The position numbers and the translations under genes are program-made. A stretch of 64,000 nucleotides of DNA from Candidatus Eiseniibacteriota bacterium (lineage in GTDB: Bacteria > Eisenbacteria > RBG-16-71-46), in the NCBI GenBank assembly GCA_041483195.1, contig JBGPFC010000003.1:1-64000 (forward strand), in the 5' to 3' direction. Positions 32,193-42,291 of the stretch are shown here, piece by piece. The notes beneath the pieces were generated by a model. It saw nothing but the letters and a program-made list of their open reading frames with translations. It did no database searches and had not been told where the DNA came from. Within the stretch, counting starts at the first letter, position 1; every line of letters begins with the position of its first letter.

Positions 32193-33517
32193 GCGATCTG
32201 GTCCGCCGCTTTCCCGATGGGTTCCTGTGGGGCGCCGCGACCTCGGCTCACCAGGTCGAGGGCGGGAACACGCTCAACGACTGGTGGCGCTTCGAGCAGC
32301 TGCCGGGGAAGATCCACGGCGGCGCGTTGAGCGGCGCGGCGTGCCGTCACTACGAGCGCTTCGACCAGGACTTCGCGCTCGCGCAAGCCGACGGCCACAA
32401 CGCGCACCGGCTCTCGCTCGAGTGGAGCCGCATCGAGCCCGAGCGCGGGCGTTTTGATCCCGGCGCGGTCGCCCACTACCACGCGGTGCTCGCCTCGCTC
32501 AAGCGTCACGGGCTCCTGCCGATGGTCACGCTCCACCACTTCACGAACCCGCTCTGGATCGCGGATCGTGGCGGCTGGGAGAACCACGAGACGGTCGGAC
32601 ACTTCTGCGCGTTCGTGCGCTTCTGCGCGCGCGAGTTCGGCGGCGAGGTGGACTGGTGGTGCACCGTGAACGAGCCCGAGGTGTTCGCCTTCCGCGGCTG
32701 GTCCGAGGGCGTGTGGCCACCCGGCGAGCACGACGAGAGCGCAGCGCTGGTGGTGATCGCGCACCAGCTCGAGGCCCACGGTCACGCCTATCGCATCCTC
32801 CACGAGGAGGACCGCACCGACGCCGATGGCGACGGGCTCGCGGCGCGGGTGGGCTTCGCGAAGCACTGCCCGCAGCTCGAGGCCGACCGCTGGTGGTTCC
32901 CGCTCGACGGGTTGCGCGCGCACTTCGAGAACGCGGTGTTCAACGATGCGGTGATCTCGGCCGCGGTCACCGGCGAGATCGCGCTCTCGATTCCCGGCGC
33001 GCGGCCGGTGCGGCGCCACGTTCCGGAGCTCGAGAAGAGCCTCGACTGGTTCGGGCTCAACTACTACACGCGCTGGAAGGTGCGCATGTTCGCGCCCGAC
33101 CCGCACGTCACGCGCCGCGGCGCCGAGAAGACCGACCTCGACTGGGAGATCTACCCGGCCGGGATCGAGCGCGCGCTGCTGCGCGTCGCGCGCGCCGGCG
33201 TGCCGGTGCTCGTCACCGAGAACGGCTTCGCGGACGCGCGCGACTCGTTCCGCTCGCGCGCGATGGTCGAATACCTGCTGCACGTGGGGCGGGCGATGGA
33301 CCGCGGCGTGCGGGTGCTGGGCTACTTCCACTGGTCGCTGCTCGACAACTTCGAGTGGGCCGACGGATTCAAGGGCCGCTTCGGGCTCTACCGCGTGGAC
33401 TTCGGCGACCCGGAACGGCCGCGGCATCGCACCCGCGGCGCGGAGGTGTTCGCGAGCATCGCGCGCGCGAACGGGATTCAGCGCGAGGTCGTCGCCCGGG
33501 TCGGCCTCGCGCTCTGA
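32189..33517 (+). CDS. Glycoside hydrolase family 1 (beta-glucosidase)
   Basis: FPDGFLWGAATSAHQVEG, TLHHF, NEP, TENG and WSLLDNFEW. Confidence 0.95.
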   Translation: MSDLVRRFPDGFLWGAATSAHQVEGGNTLNDWWRFEQLPGKIHGGALSGAACRHYERFDQDFALAQADGHNAHRLSLEWSRIEPERGRFDPGAVAHYHAVLASLKRHGLLPMVTLHHFTNPLWIADRGGWENHETVGHFCAFVRFCAREFGGEVDWWCTVNEPEVFAFRGWSEGVWPPGEHDESAALVVIAHQLEAHGHAYRILHEEDRTDADGDGLAARVGFAKHCPQLEADRWWFPLDGLRAHFENAVFNDAVISAAVTGEIALSIPGARPVRRHVPELEKSLDWFGLNYYTRWKVRMFAPDPHVTRRGAEKTDLDWEIYPAGIERALLRVARAGVPVLVTENGFADARDSFRSRAMVEYLLHVGRAMDRGVRVLGYFHWSLLDNFEWADGFKGRFGLYRVDFGDPERPRHRTRGAEVFASIARANGIQREVVARVGLAL

Positions 33518-33526
33518 CGGCGCCGC

Positions 33527-36500
33527 ATGACGCGACTGACGGCCGCCGCGCTCGCCCAGCCGCTGCGCTGGGTGATCGTCACGCTCCTGCTGACGCTCGC
33601 GCTCGGGCTGGGATTGCGGCGGCTCGAGCTGCGCGCAGACGGCGCGTCTATTTATCCGACCGGGAACGCCACGGTGGACGCGAGCGCCGCCGACGCGATC
33701 GCGTTCGACGATCCGCAGCAGGCGATCGTGCTGGTGAGCGCGCGCCCGGGGGGCCCGCCGCTCGACTCGCCGGCCGGCCTGCGCTTGGTGGCCGTGGCTC
33801 ACCGAGGGCTGGCCGCAATCGATGGCGCGAGCGGGCCGCGCACGCGCTCGATCGCCTCCCTGCTCGATGTGCGCAACGATCGGGGCGCGATCGCGGTCGG
33901 CTCGCTGCTCGACGGCGTGCCGGTGGATTCCGCGGAATGCGCAGCGCAGATCGTCCGCCTCCGCGAGCAGCCGGTCGCGAGCGGCCTGCTGCTCGCGCGC
34001 GACGGGAGCGCCGCCGTCATCGTCGTTCCGCTCGCGCGCGAGGCGAATCGGGCGGCGTTCATCGCGCGGCTCGAGCGCTGGGCGGGCGAGCATCGCACGC
34101 GCGAGTTCGACCTGCGCGTCACCGGGCCGCTCGCCGCCGAGGTGAAGCTGGGCGGCATGGTGTGGGGCGATCTCTCGACCTTCGTGCCGATCATGACCGC
34201 GCTCATGGCGCTGCTCCTGTTCGTGAGCCTGCGCTCGGTCGCGGGCTGCGTGCTGCCGATGGTCGAGGCGCTGGTGGTGCTGGCCTGGACCTTCGGCGCG
34301 ATGGGCCACCTCGGGATTCCGGTGACGCTCGTCACCACCATCCTCCCCGTGATCCTCATGTCCACCGCCATCACCGACGAGATTCACGTGCTCGAGCGCG
34401 TGCAGGACGAGCTGGCCGCGCACGCTGCGTCGAACGCTTCGGGCGCGGCCACGCGCGAGCTGCTGCGCGCGGCGATGCTCGCGGGTCTCGGCGACGTGCG
34501 CTGGCCGATCATCGGCTCCGCGGTCACCACCGCCATCGGCTTCCTGTCGTTCCTGAGCGCCTCGATCGAGCCGCTGCGCGCCTTCGGCCTGGCGGCCGGC
34601 GCCGGCATCCTGCTCGCGATGCTGCTCTCGTTCAGCTTCATGCCGGCGCTCGCGATGCTGCTTCCGCTCGCGTGGTTCAGGACCGTGCGCCTCGGTCCCG
34701 CGCGCGACCTGCACGCGCTCACGGCGTTCGAATCGGCGGTCGCGCGTGCGCCGGGGCGGTTCTTCGCGTTCGGCCTGCTGGCGCTCGCGCTCTGCGCGCC
34801 CGGGCCGTTCCGGCTCCGGGTGCAGGACGCATGGATGGACAACTTCGATCCGCGCGCGCCGCTGGTCGAGGCCGACCACGACATCAACGCGCGCTTCTGG
34901 GGGAGCTATCGCTTCGACGTCGTGCTCGAGGCCGAGCCCGGGCGCTTCGCATCGCCCTCCGGAGCCGCGTTGATGGAGTCGGTCGCGCGCGCGGCGCGGC
35001 GGGAGCCCCACGTCGGCGGCGTGCTCACCTACCTGGATCCGCTCGCAACCATCGCGCGCGCGATCGCGCCGGGCGATTCGCTGCCCTTCCGGGACGCGGG
35101 CCGGCTGGGAGAGCTGGCAGCGATCGCGCAATCCTCACCCGACGGCGCGGGGCTCCGGCAGCTCGTGACCGGGGACGGATCGCGCGCCCGCGCGCGCATC
35201 TTCGTCAACAGCCCGAACTACCGGCGCGCGGATTCGCTCCGCCGCGATCTGGCGCTCGCGCTGCCGCCGCTGCTCGCGGGCTCCGGCGTGCGGGCGCGAT
35301 TCAGCGGCGACCTGCCGGTCGCGCTCGAGGTGGTGCGCGCCATCGTGGACAACCAGCTGCGCTCGATCGGCTGGAGCCTGCTCGGCATCGGGCTGCTGCT
35401 GTGGCTGGTCTACCCCCGCGGCCGCGCAGCTTGGATCGCGCTGGCCCCGGTGAGCGCGACCGCGCTCGTGCTGTTCGGCGTGATGGGATACGCCGGCATG
35501 CCGCTCGGCATCGCGACCAGCATGTTCGCGGGGCTCGCGGTGGGAGTCGGCGTGGACTTCGCGCTCCACTTCGTCTATCAGCACCGCATCGAGTCCGCCC
35601 GCCGCGAGAATCCGCGCGCCGCGCTCGAGGCGACGCTCGGCCGCACCGGGCGCGCGATCCGCTGGAACGCGCTGGTGGTCACGCTCGGGTTTCTTGCGCT
35701 CACGCTTTCGCGCATCCCGCCCAATCGCAATCTCGGGCTGCTGCTCGCCGCCGCCATGTTCGGCTGCTACGCCGCGACGCTGGTCTACATGCCATGGCTG
35801 GTGCGCGGCCTCAGGGCGATCGCCATCGCGCTCGCGCTGCTCGCGCCGCTCGCGCTGCCCGGGCGCGCGCACGCCGCTCCGGCCGAGTCCGACACCGGCG
35901 CGGTGCGCGTGATGCGCGATCTGGAGCGCGCGTTTCGCCGCACGCCGCGCGCGCTGCGGATGGAGGTGCGATCGACGTACGCGGGCGGCCAGACCCTCGA
36001 ACGCTCCACCTGGGGCGTGTTCGCAGACCAGCCCGACGCGTGCCACGTGATGTACACGTTCGACCGCCCCGAGAACATGGCGGGCGCGACGCTGCTGATG
36101 CGCTTCGATGCTCGCGACCAGGCCGACTCGACCTGGCTCTACCTCCCTTCCATGAAGCGCATGTGGCCGATCGGGACCGCCGGCCCGCGGCTGCTGGTCC
36201 CGGGCACCACCATGAGCTTCGAGGACGCGCGCGGCTTCATACCCACCGCACACTACCGGTTCCGAGCGCCGAGTCCGCCGGGCGGCGCGGGCTCGCAGGA
36301 CACGCTCTGGATCGTGGCGCTGCCCGCCACCGACTCGCTACGCAAGAACCTGGGCTATGGCCGGCTGGTGATGGCGATCGACCGCGGGCGCGGCCTGATC
36401 GCGCGGATCGAGTTCGCCGACGCCGATCTGCGCCCGGTCAAGCGCTACGAGCTGCTCGACGCGATTCGCTTCGGCGCAGAGTGGCTGCCGAAGCGCGTGC

Positions 36501-36664
36501 GGATCGAGCAGGTGCAGATCGGGATGACGTCGATCGTGGACTACCGTTACTGGCGACTGCGCGCGCCGCCCCCGAAGCGGCTGTTCGATCCATCCGACGC
36601 GGCCGGGCCGTTCCTGCCGCGGATCATGGAGACGCTCAGGCGCGAGAAGATCCCGATCGACTAG
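33527..36664 (+). CDS. MMPL/RND family transporter fused to a C-terminal LolA-like (lipoprotein-sorting/DUF1329-like) domain
   Basis: Two RND halves (TDEIHV; GVGVDFALHF); C-terminal FDRPENMAG...WLYLPSMKR...GTTMSFED. Confidence 0.8.
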   Translation: MTRLTAAALAQPLRWVIVTLLLTLALGLGLRRLELRADGASIYPTGNATVDASAADAIAFDDPQQAIVLVSARPGGPPLDSPAGLRLVAVAHRGLAAIDGASGPRTRSIASLLDVRNDRGAIAVGSLLDGVPVDSAECAAQIVRLREQPVASGLLLARDGSAAVIVVPLAREANRAAFIARLERWAGEHRTREFDLRVTGPLAAEVKLGGMVWGDLSTFVPIMTALMALLLFVSLRSVAGCVLPMVEALVVLAWTFGAMGHLGIPVTLVTTILPVILMSTAITDEIHVLERVQDELAAHAASNASGAATRELLRAAMLAGLGDVRWPIIGSAVTTAIGFLSFLSASIEPLRAFGLAAGAGILLAMLLSFSFMPALAMLLPLAWFRTVRLGPARDLHALTAFESAVARAPGRFFAFGLLALALCAPGPFRLRVQDAWMDNFDPRAPLVEADHDINARFWGSYRFDVVLEAEPGRFASPSGAALMESVARAARREPHVGGVLTYLDPLATIARAIAPGDSLPFRDAGRLGELAAIAQSSPDGAGLRQLVTGDGSRARARIFVNSPNYRRADSLRRDLALALPPLLAGSGVRARFSGDLPVALEVVRAIVDNQLRSIGWSLLGIGLLLWLVYPRGRAAWIALAPVSATALVLFGVMGYAGMPLGIATSMFAGLAVGVGVDFALHFVYQHRIESARRENPRAALEATLGRTGRAIRWNALVVTLGFLALTLSRIPPNRNLGLLLAAAMFGCYAATLVYMPWLVRGLRAIAIALALLAPLALPGRAHAAPAESDTGAVRVMRDLERAFRRTPRALRMEVRSTYAGGQTLERSTWGVFADQPDACHVMYTFDRPENMAGATLLMRFDARDQADSTWLYLPSMKRMWPIGTAGPRLLVPGTTMSFEDARGFIPTAHYRFRAPSPPGGAGSQDTLWIVALPATDSLRKNLGYGRLVMAIDRGRGLIARIEFADADLRPVKRYELLDAIRFGAEWLPKRVRIEQVQIGMTSIVDYRYWRLRAPPPKRLFDPSDAAGPFLPRIMETLRREKIPID

Positions 36665-36753
36665 GGCGCGGCCGCGTCGTCGCGCCCCGCTTGGGGCTTC
36701 GCGCCGCGCTGCGCTATGCTGCGCGTCAGCCTTCCACGGAGGTCGAAATCCCC

Positions 36754-36936
36754 ATGTGCCCCTTCTGCAAGACGCACGACGGCAAGCCGTGCGCCGTGAC
36801 CGAGAAGCCCAACGGACGGCTGCAGTGCGCGTGCGGCAAGCACGGGTGGCCCAATTCGGGCGCATTCCTCGAGAGCTGCCGGCTGACCAGCCTCACCATC
36901 ACCGGAACGGTCCACACCTGGACGCAGGGGTACTAG
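36754..36936 (+). CDS. Small Cys/His-rich putative zinc-binding protein (60 aa)
   Basis: GGAGG-ATG; MCPFCK...C...CACGKH...C; first gene upstream of hsp20-lon. Confidence 0.65.
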   Translation: MCPFCKTHDGKPCAVTEKPNGRLQCACGKHGWPNSGAFLESCRLTSLTITGTVHTWTQGY

Positions 36937-36959
36937 CCCGGGCCAACACGAGACCTGCC

Positions 36960-37406
36960 ATGACCCGATACTCGGACGATCCGCTCGAGAACCTGCAGCG
37001 CGAGGTCGAGCGTCTGTTCCGCGACCTCGTGTATCGCCGCCATCCGGCCTCCCATTTCGCGGAGCCCACCTGGTCGCCGGCCGCGGACCTGGTGGTGTCC
37101 CAGACTTCCGCCCGGGTGCTGCTCGAGCTCGCCGGGGTGCCGAAGCAGAGCGTGCGGCTCACGCTCCGCGGCCGCACGCTGGAGGTGAGCGGACGGCGCA
37201 ATCCGCCGCAGGAGCCGGGCGCCGCCCATTATCATCGCGCCGAGATCTACTTCGGCGATTTCCACCGCACGATCGATCTGCCGTGGGAAGCCGACGCCGA
37301 CAGCATCACGGCGCACTTCCGCGACGGGCTGCTCGAGATTCACGTGCGCCCGGTGAAGGTGACCGGTTCCACGCGCGTGCCGGTCCACGAGAAGAAGGCG
37401 CACTGA
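36960..37406 (+). CDS. Hsp20/alpha-crystallin small heat shock protein
   Basis: WSPAADL, ELAGV, EIYFGDFHRTIDLP and AHFRDGLLEI. Confidence 0.9.
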   Translation: MTRYSDDPLENLQREVERLFRDLVYRRHPASHFAEPTWSPAADLVVSQTSARVLLELAGVPKQSVRLTLRGRTLEVSGRRNPPQEPGAAHYHRAEIYFGDFHRTIDLPWEADADSITAHFRDGLLEIHVRPVKVTGSTRVPVHEKKAH

Positions 37407-39928
37407 TGCCACGCCGCGCGAAGAAGGACGCGAAGGTCGCGAAGCGGGAGGCCCCTGCGAACAAGGGCGCCGCGAAGCCGACGGCGGGGCCGACCCTGCC
37501 CGCCGGGCTCGTGTTCGGCGACCCGCCTTCGACGCGCGAGATCCCGGTGCTCGCGGTGCGGCACACCGTGCTCTTCCCGCTCGCGATCCTCCCGCTCAAC
37601 ATCGGCCGCCCGAAGAGCATCATGCTGCTCAACGACGTGATGGCCGGCGATCGCACGATCGCCGTGATCGCGCAGAAGGACGGCAGCCTCGAGGAGCCGG
37701 CCGGCGCGGACCTGCACGAGGTGGGCACGATCGGCACCGTGGTACGCATGGTGCGGGTCGCGGAGGACCGGCTCTCGGTGCTGATCCAGGGCACCGCTCG
37801 CGTGCGCGTCGACCGGCTGCTCGGCGAGGATCCCTACCTCAAGGCACGGGTCACGACGCTCGCGGAGCAGGTCGTCGAGGACGTCGAGACCGAGGCCCTG
37901 GTCAAGACCGTCATCGCCCAGTTCGAGCGGGTCGTGCAGCTCACCCCCAACGTCCCGGACGAGGCGGCGGTCGCGGCGCGCACCCAGCAGGGGCCGGGGC
38001 GGGTCGCGGACTTCATCGCATCGCTGCTCGACCTCCCGTCGGAGGACAAGCAGCGCCTGCTCGAGGCGCTCGAGGTGAAGGTGCGCCTGATGCGGCTCAC
38101 CGAGATCCTCGCGCGCGAGCTGCAGGTGCTCGAAGTCGGGCAGCAGATCCAGGAGACGGTGCGCGAGTCCATCGACCAGCACCAGAAGGAATTCCTGCTG
38201 CGCCAGCAGATGGAGGCGATTCGCAAGGAGCTGGGCGAGAGCGACGAATCGCAGCACGAGATCGAGGAGCTCAAGACGAAGATCGAGAAGGCCGCGATGC
38301 CGCCCGAGGTGCGCAAGGAGGCGGACCGCGAGCTGACGCGATTGCAGCGCATGCCGCCCCAGGCCGCCGAGTACACGGTGTCGCGCACCTACCTCGAGTG
38401 GCTGTGCGAGATGCCGTGGGCGCTCACGACCGAGGACGACCTCGACCCGAAGCACGCGCGCGCGGTGCTCGACGAGGACCATTACGGCCTCACGAAGATC
38501 AAGGAGCGCATCCTCGAGTACCTGGTGGTGCGCCGCTACAAGAAGGACGCGCGCACGCCCATCCTGTGCTTCGTCGGCCCGCCCGGGACCGGCAAGACCT
38601 CGCTGGGCCGCTCGATCGCGCGCGCGCTGGGACGCAAGTTCGTGCGGCAGTCGCTGGGAGGCGTGCGGGACGAGGCGGAGATCCGCGGCCACCGCCGCAC
38701 CTACATCGGCGCGCTGCCCGGCAACATCATCCGCGGCATCCGCCGCGCCGCCACCCGCAACCCGCTGTTCATGCTGGACGAGATCGACAAGCTGGGCGCC
38801 GACTTCCGCGGCGATCCGTCGAGCGCGCTGCTCGAGGTGCTCGATCCCGAGCAGAACGCGACGTTCATGGATCACTATCTCGACGTGCCGTTCGATCTCT
38901 CGCAGGTGCTGTTCATCACCACCGCCAACTACCTCGATCCGGTGCCGCCGGCGTTGCGCGATCGCATGGAGATCATCGAGCTGTCCGGCTACACCGACAA
39001 CGAGAAGCTCGAGATCGCGAAGCGCCACCTGATCCCGAAGGCGGTGCGCGAGAACGGGCTCGAGTCGCTCGAGACCACCTTCACCGACGATGCGCTCTTC
39101 AAGATCATGCGCGAGTACACGCGCGAGGCCGGGCTCCGCAACCTCGAGCGCGAGATCGCGAACCTGCTTCGCAAGACGGCGATGGCGCTCGCCGAGGGCA
39201 AGGCGCCGCCGCGCGAGATCGGGCCGGAGCGCGTGCGCGAGCTGCTCGGCCCGGAGCGGATCGAGCACGAGATCGCCTCGCGGCTCGACGCGCCGGGCGC
39301 CGTGTTCGGCCTGGCGTGGACGCCCTCCGGAGGCGAGGTGCTGATGGTCGAGGCCACGCTCATGCCGGGCTCCAAGCAGTTGCTGCTCACCGGACAGCTC
39401 GGCGATGTCATGAAGGAGAGCGCGCAGGCCGCGCTGTCCTACGTGCGTTCGCACGCTGAAGAGCTGGACATCGAGCCCGGCTTCTTCGAGAAATCCGACA
39501 TCCACGTTCACCTGCCGGCGGGCGCGATCCCCAAGGACGGCCCGTCGGCCGGCATCGCGTTGTGCACCGCGATCGTGAGCCTGCTCACCCGCCGCAGGGC
39601 GCGCGCCGGAATCGCGATGACCGGCGAGATCACGCTGCGCGGCCGGGTGCTGCGCATCGGCGGCGTGAAGGAGAAGGTGCTGGGCGCGCACCGCGCCGGG
39701 ATCACCACCGTGATCCTCCCGCGCGAGAACCAGGGCGAACTCGAGGAGGTGCCGGTCGAGATCCGCTCGCACATGATCTTCGCGCCGGTCGATCGCATCG
39801 AGCAGGTGCTGCAGCTCGCGCTCGACGAGACGCCGATGGCGAAGCGTGGCGAGCTGCCGCGGCGCGAGGCGCCGCCCGGCAAGCCGGCGCGGCCGCCCGC
39901 CAACGTGATCGCGCGCGGAAGGGACTAG
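37406..39928 (+). CDS. lon: ATP-dependent protease La
   Basis: LON N-domain, GPPGTGKTS, RGHRRTYIGALPG, PKDGPSAG and IGGVKEK. Confidence 0.97.
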   Translation: MPRRAKKDAKVAKREAPANKGAAKPTAGPTLPAGLVFGDPPSTREIPVLAVRHTVLFPLAILPLNIGRPKSIMLLNDVMAGDRTIAVIAQKDGSLEEPAGADLHEVGTIGTVVRMVRVAEDRLSVLIQGTARVRVDRLLGEDPYLKARVTTLAEQVVEDVETEALVKTVIAQFERVVQLTPNVPDEAAVAARTQQGPGRVADFIASLLDLPSEDKQRLLEALEVKVRLMRLTEILARELQVLEVGQQIQETVRESIDQHQKEFLLRQQMEAIRKELGESDESQHEIEELKTKIEKAAMPPEVRKEADRELTRLQRMPPQAAEYTVSRTYLEWLCEMPWALTTEDDLDPKHARAVLDEDHYGLTKIKERILEYLVVRRYKKDARTPILCFVGPPGTGKTSLGRSIARALGRKFVRQSLGGVRDEAEIRGHRRTYIGALPGNIIRGIRRAATRNPLFMLDEIDKLGADFRGDPSSALLEVLDPEQNATFMDHYLDVPFDLSQVLFITTANYLDPVPPALRDRMEIIELSGYTDNEKLEIAKRHLIPKAVRENGLESLETTFTDDALFKIMREYTREAGLRNLEREIANLLRKTAMALAEGKAPPREIGPERVRELLGPERIEHEIASRLDAPGAVFGLAWTPSGGEVLMVEATLMPGSKQLLLTGQLGDVMKESAQAALSYVRSHAEELDIEPGFFEKSDIHVHLPAGAIPKDGPSAGIALCTAIVSLLTRRRARAGIAMTGEITLRGRVLRIGGVKEKVLGAHRAGITTVILPRENQGELEEVPVEIRSHMIFAPVDRIEQVLQLALDETPMAKRGELPRREAPPGKPARPPANVIARGRD

Positions 39929-42105
39929 CGGACCCGCGACGGGGCGCGGCCGCTCGCCGCTCCGCCCACGACGTGGCGGAGCGCGCGCTGCACGGCCGAA
40001 CGGCAGTCCTCGACGTCGAGCGGTTTCGAGAGCACCTCGGCCACGCCCAGGTCGCGAACGCGCGGGTCATCCGCCTGAGCGCCCCAGCCGCTGATCAACA
40101 GGACCGTGATGGCCAGACCGCGATCCCGAACCGCGGCCACCAGATCCCAGCCCGACATGCCGGGCATGCTCACGTCGGTGAGGAGAACGTCGAACGCCTC
40201 GTGGTCGAGCGCGGCGAGCGCATCGGCGCCGCTCGCCGCGGCCGTGACGCGATGGCCATCCAGCGCGAGGCAATCCTGGTAATACGCGCGGTTGTACTCC
40301 TCGTCGTCGACGACCAACACACGCGCGGCGATCCCCGGGCCCGAGACCGCGGGGTCCGCTCCGGTCGACGCGGCCAGCGCGGGCGCCCGGGCGGGCAGTC
40401 GAATGGTGAAGGTCGTTCCCACGCCTTCCTCGCTCTCGACCTTGATCGTGCCGCCCATCCGCTGGATGATCCCGCTGACGACGTTCAATCCCATGCCGTG
40501 GCCGTAAGGCTTGGTCGTGTGAAACGGCTGGTACAGCTTCTCGCGCGTTTCATGGCTCATCCCCACTCCTGTGTCCGCCACCTCGAGCCGGATCCACTCG
40601 CCGTCATCGCGCGTGCGAATCGTGATGCGGCCGTCGGTGGGCATCGCCTCCAGCGCGTTGAACAGGAGGTTCGAGAGGACCTGCACGATCTCGAGGGTAT
40701 TGCCCACCGTGATCGGCACGGTCTCGAGATCGAGGCTCACCTCCACGTGCACGCCCCGGGCCTCCGGCTCCTGCTGCCACTTGGGCCGGGTCAGGTCCAC
40801 CACGAGTCGCACCGCAGCGTTCAGATCGAGGGCCGCGGTCGCGCCGCTCCGGCGGATGCTCGCGGAGTCCTGGATGCGGCGCACCGTATCGGCCCCTTGG
40901 AGCGAGAGCGTTTCGATCATCTGCAAGTGAGGCTTCAATTCGAAGGACGCGGTGGCACCCTCCGCCGCCCGCAGCAGCAGCTGCGCCCGCCCCAGAATTC
41001 CGTTGAGGATGTTGTTGAAATCGTGGGCGACACCCGCCGCCATCTCGCCCAGCGCGTTGACGCGCTCCGATGCGATCAGCTGGTCCTGGGTCGCCCGCAG
41101 CTGGCGGATGGTTTCCTCGAGACGCTCGGAGTGCCGAGCGCGTTCGATCGCGACCGCCACCTGGCCGCACAGCCCCGACACGAACGTGGCGTCGTCCTGG
41201 TCGAAGGGCACCTGCGAGCGGCGGTTGGTGAGATTGACGACGCCCAGCACCCGGCCCCTCGACTTGATCGGCACGCTGAGAAAGATGGGGGCCGAGAGAA
41301 AGGTCGAGCCGAGGTCCGCGCGCGCGGTCCCGCGCGTGCGTGGATCGGCGCGCGTGTCGGCCACGAAGATCGGCTGCGCGCTCTCGAAGACCTGGCCCGC
41401 GATGCCCTCGCCCGGGCTGACCACGACGGTGCGCGCGATGTCCTCGCTGATTCCGCGCGCGGCGGCGATCCGCAGGTGATCGCCGGTCGCGTCGGTCAGC
41501 ATGACGGAGGCGCGCTCGACGTCCAGCTCCGCGACCAGGAGATCGATGAAGGTGTCGAGGATTTCGGGAACGGAATCCAGGGCGCCCAGCCCGATCCCCG
41601 CGACGTTGAGCGAGGCCAGCCGTCTCACGGCCACAGCCAGCTGCTGATTCTGGCGCTCCTTGGTCTCGGCGAGCTCGCGGTTGTGGAGCGAGAGCCGGCG
41701 TCGCTCGAGGGCGCGCGAGACGGTCGCGGTCACCTCATCCAGTTCGAACGGCTTGTGAAGGTAATCGTAGGCACCCATGCGGAGCGCCTCGACCACCGTC
41801 TTGATCGAGGCATGGCTGGTCATCACGATGACTTCGGTATCGGGGCATTTCTGCTTGATGCGTCCGAGGAGCTCGATGCCGTTCATCCCGGGGAGGACGA
41901 TGTCCACGAGCGCCAGGGAGACCGCGGGTCCATCCAGCAGGGGGAGCGCCTCGTCCGCGGAGCCCGCGCTCGCGACCCCGCAACCCATCCCCGACAACAG
42001 CCTGGAGAGGATGATACGGAGTGCCGACTCGTCGTCGACGACCAGCACGATTTCGGTGGCGCCCACGGAAGTCTCCGGCGCTGCCCCGTTGCGGAGCACG
42101 CGCAC
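39925..42105 (-). CDS. Cytoplasmic hybrid histidine kinase (REC-GAF-HisKA-HATPase-REC)
   Basis: N-terminal LVVDDE REC, GAF, AGVAHDFNNIL, GHGMGL and C-terminal REC. Confidence 0.9.
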   Translation of the reverse strand: MRVLRNGAAPETSVGATEIVLVVDDESALRIILSRLLSGMGCGVASAGSADEALPLLDGPAVSLALVDIVLPGMNGIELLGRIKQKCPDTEVIVMTSHASIKTVVEALRMGAYDYLHKPFELDEVTATVSRALERRRLSLHNRELAETKERQNQQLAVAVRRLASLNVAGIGLGALDSVPEILDTFIDLLVAELDVERASVMLTDATGDHLRIAAARGISEDIARTVVVSPGEGIAGQVFESAQPIFVADTRADPRTRGTARADLGSTFLSAPIFLSVPIKSRGRVLGVVNLTNRRSQVPFDQDDATFVSGLCGQVAVAIERARHSERLEETIRQLRATQDQLIASERVNALGEMAAGVAHDFNNILNGILGRAQLLLRAAEGATASFELKPHLQMIETLSLQGADTVRRIQDSASIRRSGATAALDLNAAVRLVVDLTRPKWQQEPEARGVHVEVSLDLETVPITVGNTLEIVQVLSNLLFNALEAMPTDGRITIRTRDDGEWIRLEVADTGVGMSHETREKLYQPFHTTKPYGHGMGLNVVSGIIQRMGGTIKVESEEGVGTTFTIRLPARAPALAASTGADPAVSGPGIAARVLVVDDEEYNRAYYQDCLALDGHRVTAAASGADALAALDHEAFDVLLTDVSMPGMSGWDLVAAVRDRGLAITVLLISGWGAQADDPRVRDLGVAEVLSKPLDVEDCRSAVQRALRHVVGGAASGRAPSRVR

Positions 42106-42291
42106 TCGGTCGGACAGGTTCGAAGCCGCCGAGGGGGACGCGTTCCTGGTTTTCGGCAGATCCCGGCAAGGGCTTGACCCGGAAGTCCGGGCACACGGCC
42201 GCCTTGCGCGCTCGGGCGAGGCCGCCGTGCGGAGCGGGGGGCACGGTCACGGCGGCGGGGCGGCGCACCACACCGCGAGCCCGAAGATACT

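Noticed and set aside
31124..36753. 1335-aa minus-strand and 1426-aa plus-strand ORFs
   Set aside because: These are Arg/Ala/Gly-rich shadow frames of the GH1 and MMPL genes; only the last 60 codons (36754-36936) look like a real gene.
36665..36960. Heat-shock operators (CIRCE or HAIR) upstream of hsp20-lon
   Set aside because: No TTAGCACTC-N9-GAGTGCTAA or CTTGAGT-N7-ACTCAAG match was found by eye.
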